A DNA stretch of 64,000 bases from a virus. This document shows positions 55,566 through 63,090 of this stretch, one piece after another. The notes under the pieces are model-generated. The model was not told the origin of the DNA and did not search any database. It saw only the letters and a program-made list of their open reading frames with translations. The translations under genes were made by a program, and so were the position numbers. The first letter of the stretch is position 1, and each line of letters begins with the position of its first letter. The stretch is taken from the IMG/VR virus record IMGVR_UViG_3300045988_173816, positions 32,001 through 96,000 of that record; one strand, 5' to 3'.

Positions 55566-55581
55566 TGGATTAGGTATTGTT

Positions 55582-56181
55582 ATGTTCAGTAATTTTGTTA
55601 GTAGGAAGTTCAAGTTAGCTTACTTCTTTTCTTCTTTTACATTGTTGTATATACCAAGCTTGTTAATGATTACTCTAACTCAATTTGGCATTGTAAATAT
55701 TACTAATTCTGTGGGTGTATCTTTAGTTTTTATCTTGTTATTTGTACTTTCTACTTTATCATTGATTTATGTTAAACTTAAAATTTCAGAAGATCGAAAA
55801 CATGTACGAATAAATTCAACTGTTTTCAATTTACAAAAGCCGAAGTACGTCTGTTGGTGGAATAGTAGAATTTTTTATTTATCGCTTCTCTTAGGGTTTT
55901 CAACATTATTATTCTTACCAAACTTGTGGGTAAGTTTAGGTTGGATATTATCTATTCAGTTGGCGCTAGGTTATTACTTATATACCAAGTCTAAATTTCT
56001 ACTTAACGTTCCCTTATTGTTATTAGGTGAAGCGTTGCTTGTAGATGAAGGTGAAACTCCTAAATTGTTGATGTTTATATCCCAGAAGGATTTAAAGAAC
56101 GTTTATAAGGAAGAACTTACTTATATTCAATTAGGTGAAACGGAAGAGTTTAAGTTTGGTTTTTTCGCTACAGAGAGATGA
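55582..56181 (+). CDS. polytopic membrane protein
   Basis: Four to five hydrophobic segments in 199 aa. Confidence 0.55.
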   Translation: MFSNFVSRKFKLAYFFSSFTLLYIPSLLMITLTQFGIVNITNSVGVSLVFILLFVLSTLSLIYVKLKISEDRKHVRINSTVFNLQKPKYVCWWNSRIFYLSLLLGFSTLLFLPNLWVSLGWILSIQLALGYYLYTKSKFLLNVPLLLLGEALLVDEGETPKLLMFISQKDLKNVYKEELTYIQLGETEEFKFGFFATER

Positions 56182-56197
56182 AAGAGAGGTCTATAAT

Positions 56198-56575
56198 TTG
56201 GAAACGAAAGAACATTTTAACAAACGCATGGTTGCTAGAGTTCGTAGGATTTTGAAAGAAACTGAGCAGTACAAAAGGGAGTTGCTACATTACTTATGTG
56301 AGCAGAACGGTTTCGTTATTCAGGGAAATAACGATAGGCTTGTAAATCAAGATTATATGCTTAATCAAGTAGAGCTAGAAGACGTGCCTTTTACGTTTAT
56401 GTACCACGGAAGTAAAACTTACATTTTTGGGGGTTTGTTAGTTCGCTTGAATGATTCTCGCGGAGATAAGTATTTCACGGTATCCCTTAAACCTCCGATT
56501 TTCGATTTAGAAGATTATGACCCAAATCATTTAGATATGGAGACTTTTCTAAGTTTGTTGGAAGAAAAATCGTAG
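56198..56575 (+). CDS. hypothetical protein
   Basis: TTG 56198, 8 nt after AGAGAGG, is preferred over the track start 56135, which overlaps the previous gene by 47 nt. Confidence 0.5.
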   Translation: METKEHFNKRMVARVRRILKETEQYKRELLHYLCEQNGFVIQGNNDRLVNQDYMLNQVELEDVPFTFMYHGSKTYIFGGLLVRLNDSRGDKYFTVSLKPPIFDLEDYDPNHLDMETFLSLLEEKS

Positions 56576-56594
56576 AGAATTAGAGGTATTAGTT

Positions 56595-56879
56595 ATGGAT
56601 AACTTTAATTATATGGTTTTTGCAGCAGAGCGTTCAAGATTCAATTCTAGTCATTGGTTTCGCTACTTAAGGAAAGTTATTTTTGAAGATTACACTTATT
56701 TAACTGATGATGATGTTCAAAAACTTTGGGAGTCTGATAAATTGACTCAATTTCAAAAAATTAGTTTAAAGTGCGCAGTTCAATTTGGCTCCCCAACTCA
56801 CAAGTTTGTGGTATCATTAGGTAAACCGGCACAATTAAGTCAGGTACAAAGATTGTTGAAGGAGTATAGACATGGATAG
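56595..56879 (+). CDS. hypothetical protein with an Rx4H motif (HEPN-like?)
   Basis: ERSRFNSSHWF contains R-x4-H. 8-nt overlap with the following nucleotidyltransferase-like ORF. Confidence 0.4.
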   Translation: MDNFNYMVFAAERSRFNSSHWFRYLRKVIFEDYTYLTDDDVQKLWESDKLTQFQKISLKCAVQFGSPTHKFVVSLGKPAQLSQVQRLLKEYRHG

Positions 56880-57432
56880 ACGATTACAAGCATTTGAACT
56901 ATTAAATCAAGAGTTAGCTAAAGAGGGTTTGTATTTAACTCTCTTATGTGTCGGTGGTTATGTTTTGGAATATCACGGTTTACGTGCTACTCATGATGTG
57001 GATGCTTTTTATACTTCCGATAGAAAAATACATGAGATTATTTTTCGAGTTGGTCAAGTTTTTGATTTAAACTATCAAGGGGAGCTTTGGCTTAATAATG
57101 ATGTAGCAACCTTAAATCCAGAACCTCCACTTGATGTTTGTGAAACTTTGTATTCTTTTAGTAACTTAACGGTTTTGTTAGCACCTATAGAGTATGTATT
57201 AGGTATGAAAATGGTTAGTTTGAGGGAATATGATTTTAAGGACATTGCAAGTATTATACAGTATAAAAAGCTTCGTTCTCCGATTAACACTTATAAGAAG
57301 TTGAAGAAATTAGGTTTTACCCACTTAGACTTTTCCGTTCTTTTGGAAGGTTTCGGTTCAGCTTATGGTTTTGATTGGTTAAGTGCTTATTTTGAGGAGC
57401 ATCAAGAAGAGCTAAAAGATTATTTTTGGTAA
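56872..57432 (+). CDS. nucleotidyltransferase-fold protein (MNT/AbiEii/DUF6036-like)
   Basis: LLCVGGYVLEYHGLRATHDVDAFY fits the GG...R.T.D.D pattern of minimal nucleotidyltransferases. Confidence 0.45.
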   Translation: MDRRLQAFELLNQELAKEGLYLTLLCVGGYVLEYHGLRATHDVDAFYTSDRKIHEIIFRVGQVFDLNYQGELWLNNDVATLNPEPPLDVCETLYSFSNLTVLLAPIEYVLGMKMVSLREYDFKDIASIIQYKKLRSPINTYKKLKKLGFTHLDFSVLLEGFGSAYGFDWLSAYFEEHQEELKDYFW

Positions 57433-57479
57433 CGACTATTAAAACTAAAGTTTATTAGAAAGATAAAAGGTAAAACAAC

Positions 57480-57779
57480 ATGAATAACAGTACACAATTC
57501 TTAGTAGATATTACAAACTTCATTGTGGGAAACTTTAAAAACCACCGAATTTGGAACGTAGAAATTACTTCCCCAGAGTCAGTTGATGAGAGCGCAGACG
57601 GATTTGCTAAACACGGTGTGGTAGAAGTAAGCGCAACTGATGCTCAAGGAAACTGGAACAGTCACACCTTCGTTTTCAACTCTCCAGAAAACGTAGACGA
57701 AGAAACAAAGAGTTACTTTACAAATCATACCTTCCCTTTGTTTGTAAAGACTTCAAACACTCTTTTGTGGGAAGAGTAA
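57480..57779 (+). CDS. hypothetical protein
   Basis: 99-codon ORF with RBS AAAGG. Confidence 0.5.
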   Translation: MNNSTQFLVDITNFIVGNFKNHRIWNVEITSPESVDESADGFAKHGVVEVSATDAQGNWNSHTFVFNSPENVDEETKSYFTNHTFPLFVKTSNTLLWEE

Positions 57780-57819
57780 CCCACTTAGCGGTATCCTCAT
57801 TTTGAGGGTGCTTTTTATT

Positions 57820-57983
57820 TGTCTCAAATTCTCTATCTTCTGTCTTAACTTTCTTCCGATTTGACTTACCATTTAGTCTTTCTGTCTTATTTTTAGTTAA
57901 ATATGTGTTAAATCCTTCACTACTTGTCCTACTTCTAAACTTATTTGTCCTATATTCATTTTTCTTGTCATACAGTTGTCATA
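57820..57983 (+). repeat. second iteron array (9 copies, core TGTCMTA and variants, 21-bp phasing)
   Basis: Cores at 57820, 57841, 57862 (TGACTTA), 57883, 57904 (TGTGTTA), 57925, 57946, 57966, 57977. Same orientation as the 42.6-kb array. Ends 5 nt before a -35 box. Confidence 0.85.
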
Positions 57984-57987
57984 AGAT

Positions 57988-58016
57988 TTGCAAAATCCTT
58001 TAAAATCTGCTATACT
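57988..58016 (+). promoter_or_regulatory. sigma-A promoter with extended -10, abutting the iterons
   Basis: TTGCAA (57988-57993), 17-bp spacer, TGcTATACT (TATACT at 58011-58016). Confidence 0.65.
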
Positions 58017-58052
58017 AGTCTTATTAAACTTGGAAAGGAGCAGATTAGACGA

Positions 58053-59612
58053 TTGGACTTACAAAACTATACACTAAAGGGTGTTGACTTAGCTAAACAA
58101 GTGTTAGCAAATGGCTTAGCAAGAGGATATCCTATAGTTCTCAAAGGCGACCCGGATGTTGACGGTTTGTGTGCTTGGTACGTAGGAGCTAAGATATTGC
58201 AGAAAGCAGGTTATTCTTTCCACTCTTGTGTCAACACAGATAGAAGACACGGTATGATCGAAGAAGAACTCGTCAAGAAAGGGCGTAGTTGGGGGCAGTT
58301 TGATTATTACATCCCTACAGAGTACCACCAAAATGAGATTATTATTAACGTAGACTCTTCTATTTCGGCAGAGGAGATGTTACAGTTGACTCAACAAGGG
58401 AATTTTGTCATTAGCTTAGATCACCATGAAGTTGAAAGCAATCCTATGTTCCCAAACCAACAGTATTGGTCTACCACAGAGGAAACAGGAGAAGGGGTAT
58501 CCCTCATTGGTGAAGCGGTTTTAATCAATAACCAATATGATTTTGAACCTGAGGAGCTTAGATTTTGGTCAGGAACGGGAGTTGTTTTAAATGCTTTATC
58601 AAAGATTTTAGAGGTAGAGATTGAAACTGAGTGGGTCGCAATGCACGGTGTCACTTTGCTTTCTGATGTACGAGCTATTGAAAATCCTTTAGCAAGAGAG
58701 ATTTTAAAGGTAACTTTTGAAACTCCTTTAGTTCAAATGCCAGTATTGAGGAAATTAGTCAATGTGTGTCAAGCCGAAGTTCCTACTGCTTTTCAGAGGT
58801 TCCCTGAGAAGTTGGATAGAACTTTCGTGGACTTTAGCTTGTCTCCTTACATTAACGCTTCGTATCAGTTGAATTTGAGTGAGTATTTGTTCAGATTGTG
58901 TATTCAAACAGATTTCTTTTATTCACTTCCAGCTAAGACTATACGAACTCGTATTTTGAACCACATGAAAGATTATCTGAAGGTCACAGAGCTTGAAAAC
59001 TTGGTTATTTTAGCGATTGATGTAGCAGAGATACCAGAGACTTCTGACTCGAAAGAGTATAACTTTAAGTATACTTCTTTCCTTGGTCTGATTGCGAACC
59101 AATATTTGAGAGATTTAGGGAAAACTGTTTTGATTGCAGCAGTTGAAAAGGGTAAGTGGCTCAGAGGTTCTGTTCGTGGTTTTCATTCGGATGTAGAGTA
59201 CAGAGAGTTTTTTGAACATCACAACTTTGATGCACAAGGTCATAAAGGTGCGTTTGGTTTGGTTTCTGTTAAAGGTGCTATAAACTTCCCTCAGTTAGAT
59301 AAAGACCTCGGTATCCTCGAAAGTGGTGCAACTCAGCAAGCTTCGAACATTCATGTAATGTCGAATTTGTTGGCGAACTTTGATAAATTGAAAGAATTAG
59401 CTTATGAAAATGAGTTTTTATTGAGTTCTCATTTTCATTCTATCTCATATAGTGGTTTAGCTTATTCTACGTTTACAGAATCGGCTAAAAAGAGAGGTTA
59501 TGAAGTGGATGGAATGTTTGTTGATTCGTTCGACAAAGAGTTGAACCCTAAAAACGCTTTGATTGTTCCTTATTTATATGGCGATGAATTGAAGTTGATA
59601 TTGAGAAAGTAG
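58053..59612 (+). CDS. RecJ-like DHH/DHHA1 phosphoesterase
   Basis: IVLKGDPDVDGLCAW (DxDG), VISLDHHEV (DHH), GHKGAFG (DHHA1 GGGH-like). The track start 57945 lies inside the iterons and promoter. TTG 58053 downstream of GGAAAGGAG is preferred, but the exact start is uncertain. Confidence 0.7.
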   Translation: MDLQNYTLKGVDLAKQVLANGLARGYPIVLKGDPDVDGLCAWYVGAKILQKAGYSFHSCVNTDRRHGMIEEELVKKGRSWGQFDYYIPTEYHQNEIIINVDSSISAEEMLQLTQQGNFVISLDHHEVESNPMFPNQQYWSTTEETGEGVSLIGEAVLINNQYDFEPEELRFWSGTGVVLNALSKILEVEIETEWVAMHGVTLLSDVRAIENPLAREILKVTFETPLVQMPVLRKLVNVCQAEVPTAFQRFPEKLDRTFVDFSLSPYINASYQLNLSEYLFRLCIQTDFFYSLPAKTIRTRILNHMKDYLKVTELENLVILAIDVAEIPETSDSKEYNFKYTSFLGLIANQYLRDLGKTVLIAAVEKGKWLRGSVRGFHSDVEYREFFEHHNFDAQGHKGAFGLVSVKGAINFPQLDKDLGILESGATQQASNIHVMSNLLANFDKLKELAYENEFLLSSHFHSISYSGLAYSTFTESAKKRGYEVDGMFVDSFDKELNPKNALIVPYLYGDELKLILRK

Positions 59613-59701
59613 AACTTAGGTTATTTTCAAAAATTTGAAAATTCCCTTTGAATTTAAGATTTATTTTCAAGAAACAAGAAATAGAAAGAAATGGTGTAGA
59701 A

Positions 59702-60922
59702 ATGACACAAGTAAAATTGATGGTTGATTTAGGAAACTCAGAAACACGCGCAGTAGCACAAATTGTGGAAGAGGGTATCGTCAAGCACACAAGAGGTTAT
59801 TTGCTTGATAACCACTTTGTAGTAGAGAATTTAGCAACTAAAGAGATGTATTCTCCTTATATCCAGTCTGAGGAATTCAGTAAGTTAGACTCTAATATTT
59901 TTGAAGTTTCTCTACAAGTAGGGGAGAAAAAATTTGATAAATTGGTCATGTGGGGTGATTTAGCGACTGCCAACTTACCTAAGAAATTGAGAACGCCAGT
60001 AAGTCATCTAGCAAAAGCTAATAATTTGTTGAATTATGTAGTTCTCATTAACTTGATGGATAAAGTATTAGATTGGGTGAACATGGTTTACCCAACTAGT
60101 TCAAAACAAACTTTATCAAAAGAAGTTCAATTTGATTTAGCGGTATTGACTCCACCAGCTCAAGTTAGTTCTGCTCGTACTATTTTTGAGTCTAATTTAG
60201 TTCGTACATTTAAGTATAAGAATTTGTATGACGGTGTTGAATTAGACTTGAAAGTGAACTCAGTTAAGGTTCTACCAGAAGGATATTCTTCATTTTATTC
60301 AGTCTTTTTGAATTATGCAGATTTGAACCTTCGTCCTCATTATGCAGACTTAGCTTCTCGAAATGTGTTGATTATTGACTTTGGTGAGGGTACTACGGAT
60401 TTAATTGGGGTATCTAGTCAACGATTCCTTGAAAGTTTGAACCATACCATTAAAATTGGTGGTTCTACTATCCTGAGTAAAGTACGTGCATCTGTGAATA
60501 AACGTTTAGGTTTAGATATTCCGATTGCAAGTTTCAAAGATGTGTTGAAAACATGTGAGGTTCAGTATGGTTCAACAATCTATAAGGTTCGAGAAGATGT
60601 AGAACAGGCGATTTATTCGGTTGCTTCGGATATTGCACAAGAGGTTTTCACTTATTTGCGAGGAGCAGAAGTAGAGGTTTCATCCTTTGACCGTTTGTTG
60701 CTTGTAGGTGGTGGGGTTGTACCTAATGGTTCTACAGTTACAATTTCTGATGCTTTGTTGTCTGAGTTGCAAGTAGAACTACCTACCTTAGACTTGGTAG
60801 ATTTGCAATACTTAGAGGAACCAGAGATTGAGGGTATCCCCTTTGACCTTACAAGTCCTCGTTACTTGAATATTCTAGGGTTAATGATTGGTGTAGCTCT
60901 TGCACAGAAAACACAAGGTTGA
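59702..60922 (+). CDS. actin-like segregation ATPase (ParM/Alp family)
   Basis: Phosphate-1 MVDLGNSETR, phosphate-2 LIIDFGEGTTDLIGV, adenosine motif RLLLVGGGV. ATG 59702 or 59720. Confidence 0.75.
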   Translation: MTQVKLMVDLGNSETRAVAQIVEEGIVKHTRGYLLDNHFVVENLATKEMYSPYIQSEEFSKLDSNIFEVSLQVGEKKFDKLVMWGDLATANLPKKLRTPVSHLAKANNLLNYVVLINLMDKVLDWVNMVYPTSSKQTLSKEVQFDLAVLTPPAQVSSARTIFESNLVRTFKYKNLYDGVELDLKVNSVKVLPEGYSSFYSVFLNYADLNLRPHYADLASRNVLIIDFGEGTTDLIGVSSQRFLESLNHTIKIGGSTILSKVRASVNKRLGLDIPIASFKDVLKTCEVQYGSTIYKVREDVEQAIYSVASDIAQEVFTYLRGAEVEVSSFDRLLLVGGGVVPNGSTVTISDALLSELQVELPTLDLVDLQYLEEPEIEGIPFDLTSPRYLNILGLMIGVALAQKTQG

Positions 60923-60931
60923 GGTGGATAG

Positions 60932-62245
60932 ATGGCTGATTTCGAGTATTTGTACTACGAATTAAGTAGGTCAATCATAGCAGATGTGGAGTCTGTTCTC
61001 TTAAAAGCTAGGAGAACGGATATTCGCTTGGTACAAGGTGGATCGAAGTTTCAACCTTTGTCTGTAAAAAGTCATGCTAGAAAGCCTAGTACAGCAGGGT
61101 TCTTACTAACAGTAGACGAAAAAGCTAAGTTAGATAAGAACAGTAAGCTTAAAGAAGCAGTAGGTGAAGATAGAGCACATATTATTACAACTTCTGATGA
61201 GTTAATTGACTTGTTAGAAAAAGAACTTGGTTCTTCTTTACGTTCTACTTCTAAACTTACTGAGGAAGTGGTTTCAGTTGAACCTTCGGTATCCTCTTTC
61301 GTTAGCCCTTCTCCTATGGTTGAGGGAGTTGAGCCTTCAGTAGTTGAGCCTAAAGAAGAGGTAAAGGTGGAAGATTCTTTACCAGCGGAACAAGATGTTG
61401 TTTTACCAGTTGATGATGGCTTTGGTTTAACGATTGAAGAGGAAGTTCAAGTTTTAAGAGCTGAGAATAACTCTTTAAAACGAGATTTAAAACAGGCACA
61501 ACAAAACTCAGCAGGGGTATCCACAGAAGAGGTCGATTCTCTAAAGAAAGACTTAGAAACTAAAACTTTTGATTTAAACGCTGAGAGAGAAGCACATAGT
61601 AATACTAAAGACACTTTAACATTGGTAGAGCAAGATTTTGAGAAGAAGAAATTTGAATACGCTAAGTTAGAAGTTGAATTAGATGAGGTAAAGGCTAAGT
61701 TGAAAGAAGGTGCAACTGTACCAGTAACTCCTCTAAGTGTTCCAAAAAATGTTGAAATTTATGTAACTGCTTCAAGCTTAGATTTGGTTCAGTCGTATCA
61801 TTATTTGCTCTTGAACATGAAAAATACTTTAGTAATTGATTTATCCCCAGAAAGTGTGATGGACACGCTCGTTCGATTAACGAAGCGTAACAGAGTAGGG
61901 AAGTGGTTGTTAGGAGAGCAAAATATTAGAGCTTTGTACTCTCCTTATGATGAGATTAAAACGAAGGTTGCTGATGGTTTAGAGTTGTTGACTTCACCTA
62001 ATGCTTTGCTTCCAGTAAACTTTTTATCAGAAGTAGAATGGGAACGAAAATTGGAAGACTTATCTCGCTTGAATTGTAAAGTAGTTTTGTACTTAGGTTT
62101 AGAAACAAACCGAGGTGTTTTTGAGTTTCTAAGTCGATTAGATAAACAAGCAAAAGTCTTGCGTTCAAGTAGTCCATTGAGTGAACGTGCTTGGAAGCGC
62201 GTAGTTCGTCAATATGAAGGTTCAGTAGAAGAGGTGGCGATTTGA
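60932..62245 (+). CDS. coiled-coil protein
   Basis: 437-codon ORF. The central region LRAENNSLKRDLKQAQQ...KLEVELDEVKAKLKE is heptad-rich. Confidence 0.55.
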   Translation: MADFEYLYYELSRSIIADVESVLLKARRTDIRLVQGGSKFQPLSVKSHARKPSTAGFLLTVDEKAKLDKNSKLKEAVGEDRAHIITTSDELIDLLEKELGSSLRSTSKLTEEVVSVEPSVSSFVSPSPMVEGVEPSVVEPKEEVKVEDSLPAEQDVVLPVDDGFGLTIEEEVQVLRAENNSLKRDLKQAQQNSAGVSTEEVDSLKKDLETKTFDLNAEREAHSNTKDTLTLVEQDFEKKKFEYAKLEVELDEVKAKLKEGATVPVTPLSVPKNVEIYVTASSLDLVQSYHYLLLNMKNTLVIDLSPESVMDTLVRLTKRNRVGKWLLGEQNIRALYSPYDEIKTKVADGLELLTSPNALLPVNFLSEVEWERKLEDLSRLNCKVVLYLGLETNRGVFEFLSRLDKQAKVLRSSSPLSERAWKRVVRQYEGSVEEVAI

Positions 62246-63072
62246 GTTTGAGAAAAACATTATCTGTACGTTTAACAGAGGAGCAGTCAAACTTGATTGA
62301 AGTCCTTCGTACAGAGAAGAAATTAAGTAGTTATATTTCCTTGTTGCTAGGTGCTTTACTTCAAGATAGGGTGTCGACTACTCAGTTCTTGCTTGGTTTG
62401 TCTGATCAGTCAGTAGCTTATAATGACTTACAAAAGTCTACTATTCAAGCGAACTTGTATGAGAAGTGGTTGTCTTTGAAAATTGAAGAACCTTTTGCAG
62501 ATTGGGTAGCAACTTTACGAAGTGCTGAGATTAAGCATTTTGGTGGACTTGACATGCCTTTGGTTGATGTGAAATCTACGTTATTGGATTTGTTAGATGA
62601 TTTAGGTTTGGAGTTGGTAGAAAAAGGTTCTACAACTTTAGATGAGGTGGAGAAAAGCTCACAAGGGGTATCTTCTACGGAGCAAAGTTCTTTAGTAGTT
62701 GGTTCAACTGAAGTAAATTCGCTTGAATTAAAAGATTTAGTAGCAAGTATGGTTCAAGAAATTCTCTCTACTAAGTCTACAGAGATAGGTGTCGCACAAC
62801 TCCTCCCAGAAGCCCCCACAGAGCCACTGAACCCGTCAGAAGACGATGAGGGTGTAATTGTACCTAAAGAAGTAGAAACTGTATCAGAGAGCGCGACAGA
62901 GCCTCAAAATGAAGTTAAAGAGTCTGTGGTAGATGTAAGTGCAGACCAAGAAAACAATTCTTCTGCTGAGAGTCAACACGAAGTATCTTCTTCACAAGAG
63001 CAACCTACCTCATCTTCTAAGACAGACCCTCTTGTAGATACAACTGCTCTTATGAGTGCCTTTAATTTTTAG
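62242..63072 (+). CDS. ribbon-helix-helix-like DNA-binding protein with acidic tail (ParR/AlpR-type adaptor candidate)
   Basis: The N-terminus LSVRLTEEQSNLIEVLRTEKKLSSYISLLLGALL fits the RHH beta-alpha-alpha pattern. 4-nt overlap with the upstream gene. Last gene of the ParM-like operon. Confidence 0.5.
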   Translation: MSLRKTLSVRLTEEQSNLIEVLRTEKKLSSYISLLLGALLQDRVSTTQFLLGLSDQSVAYNDLQKSTIQANLYEKWLSLKIEEPFADWVATLRSAEIKHFGGLDMPLVDVKSTLLDLLDDLGLELVEKGSTTLDEVEKSSQGVSSTEQSSLVVGSTEVNSLELKDLVASMVQEILSTKSTEIGVAQLLPEAPTEPLNPSEDDEGVIVPKEVETVSESATEPQNEVKESVVDVSADQENNSSAESQHEVSSSQEQPTSSSKTDPLVDTTALMSAFNF

Positions 63073-63090
63073 AAAGTGAGGTAATGAGTC

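Noticed and set aside
6348-58052. Upstream-extended N-termini given by the ORF track (for example 6348, 2110, 26285, 30319, 39650, 50815, 56135, 57945).
   Set aside because: The extensions overlap the preceding gene or run through terminators, promoters or iterons. Downstream starts with SD-like sequences were preferred.
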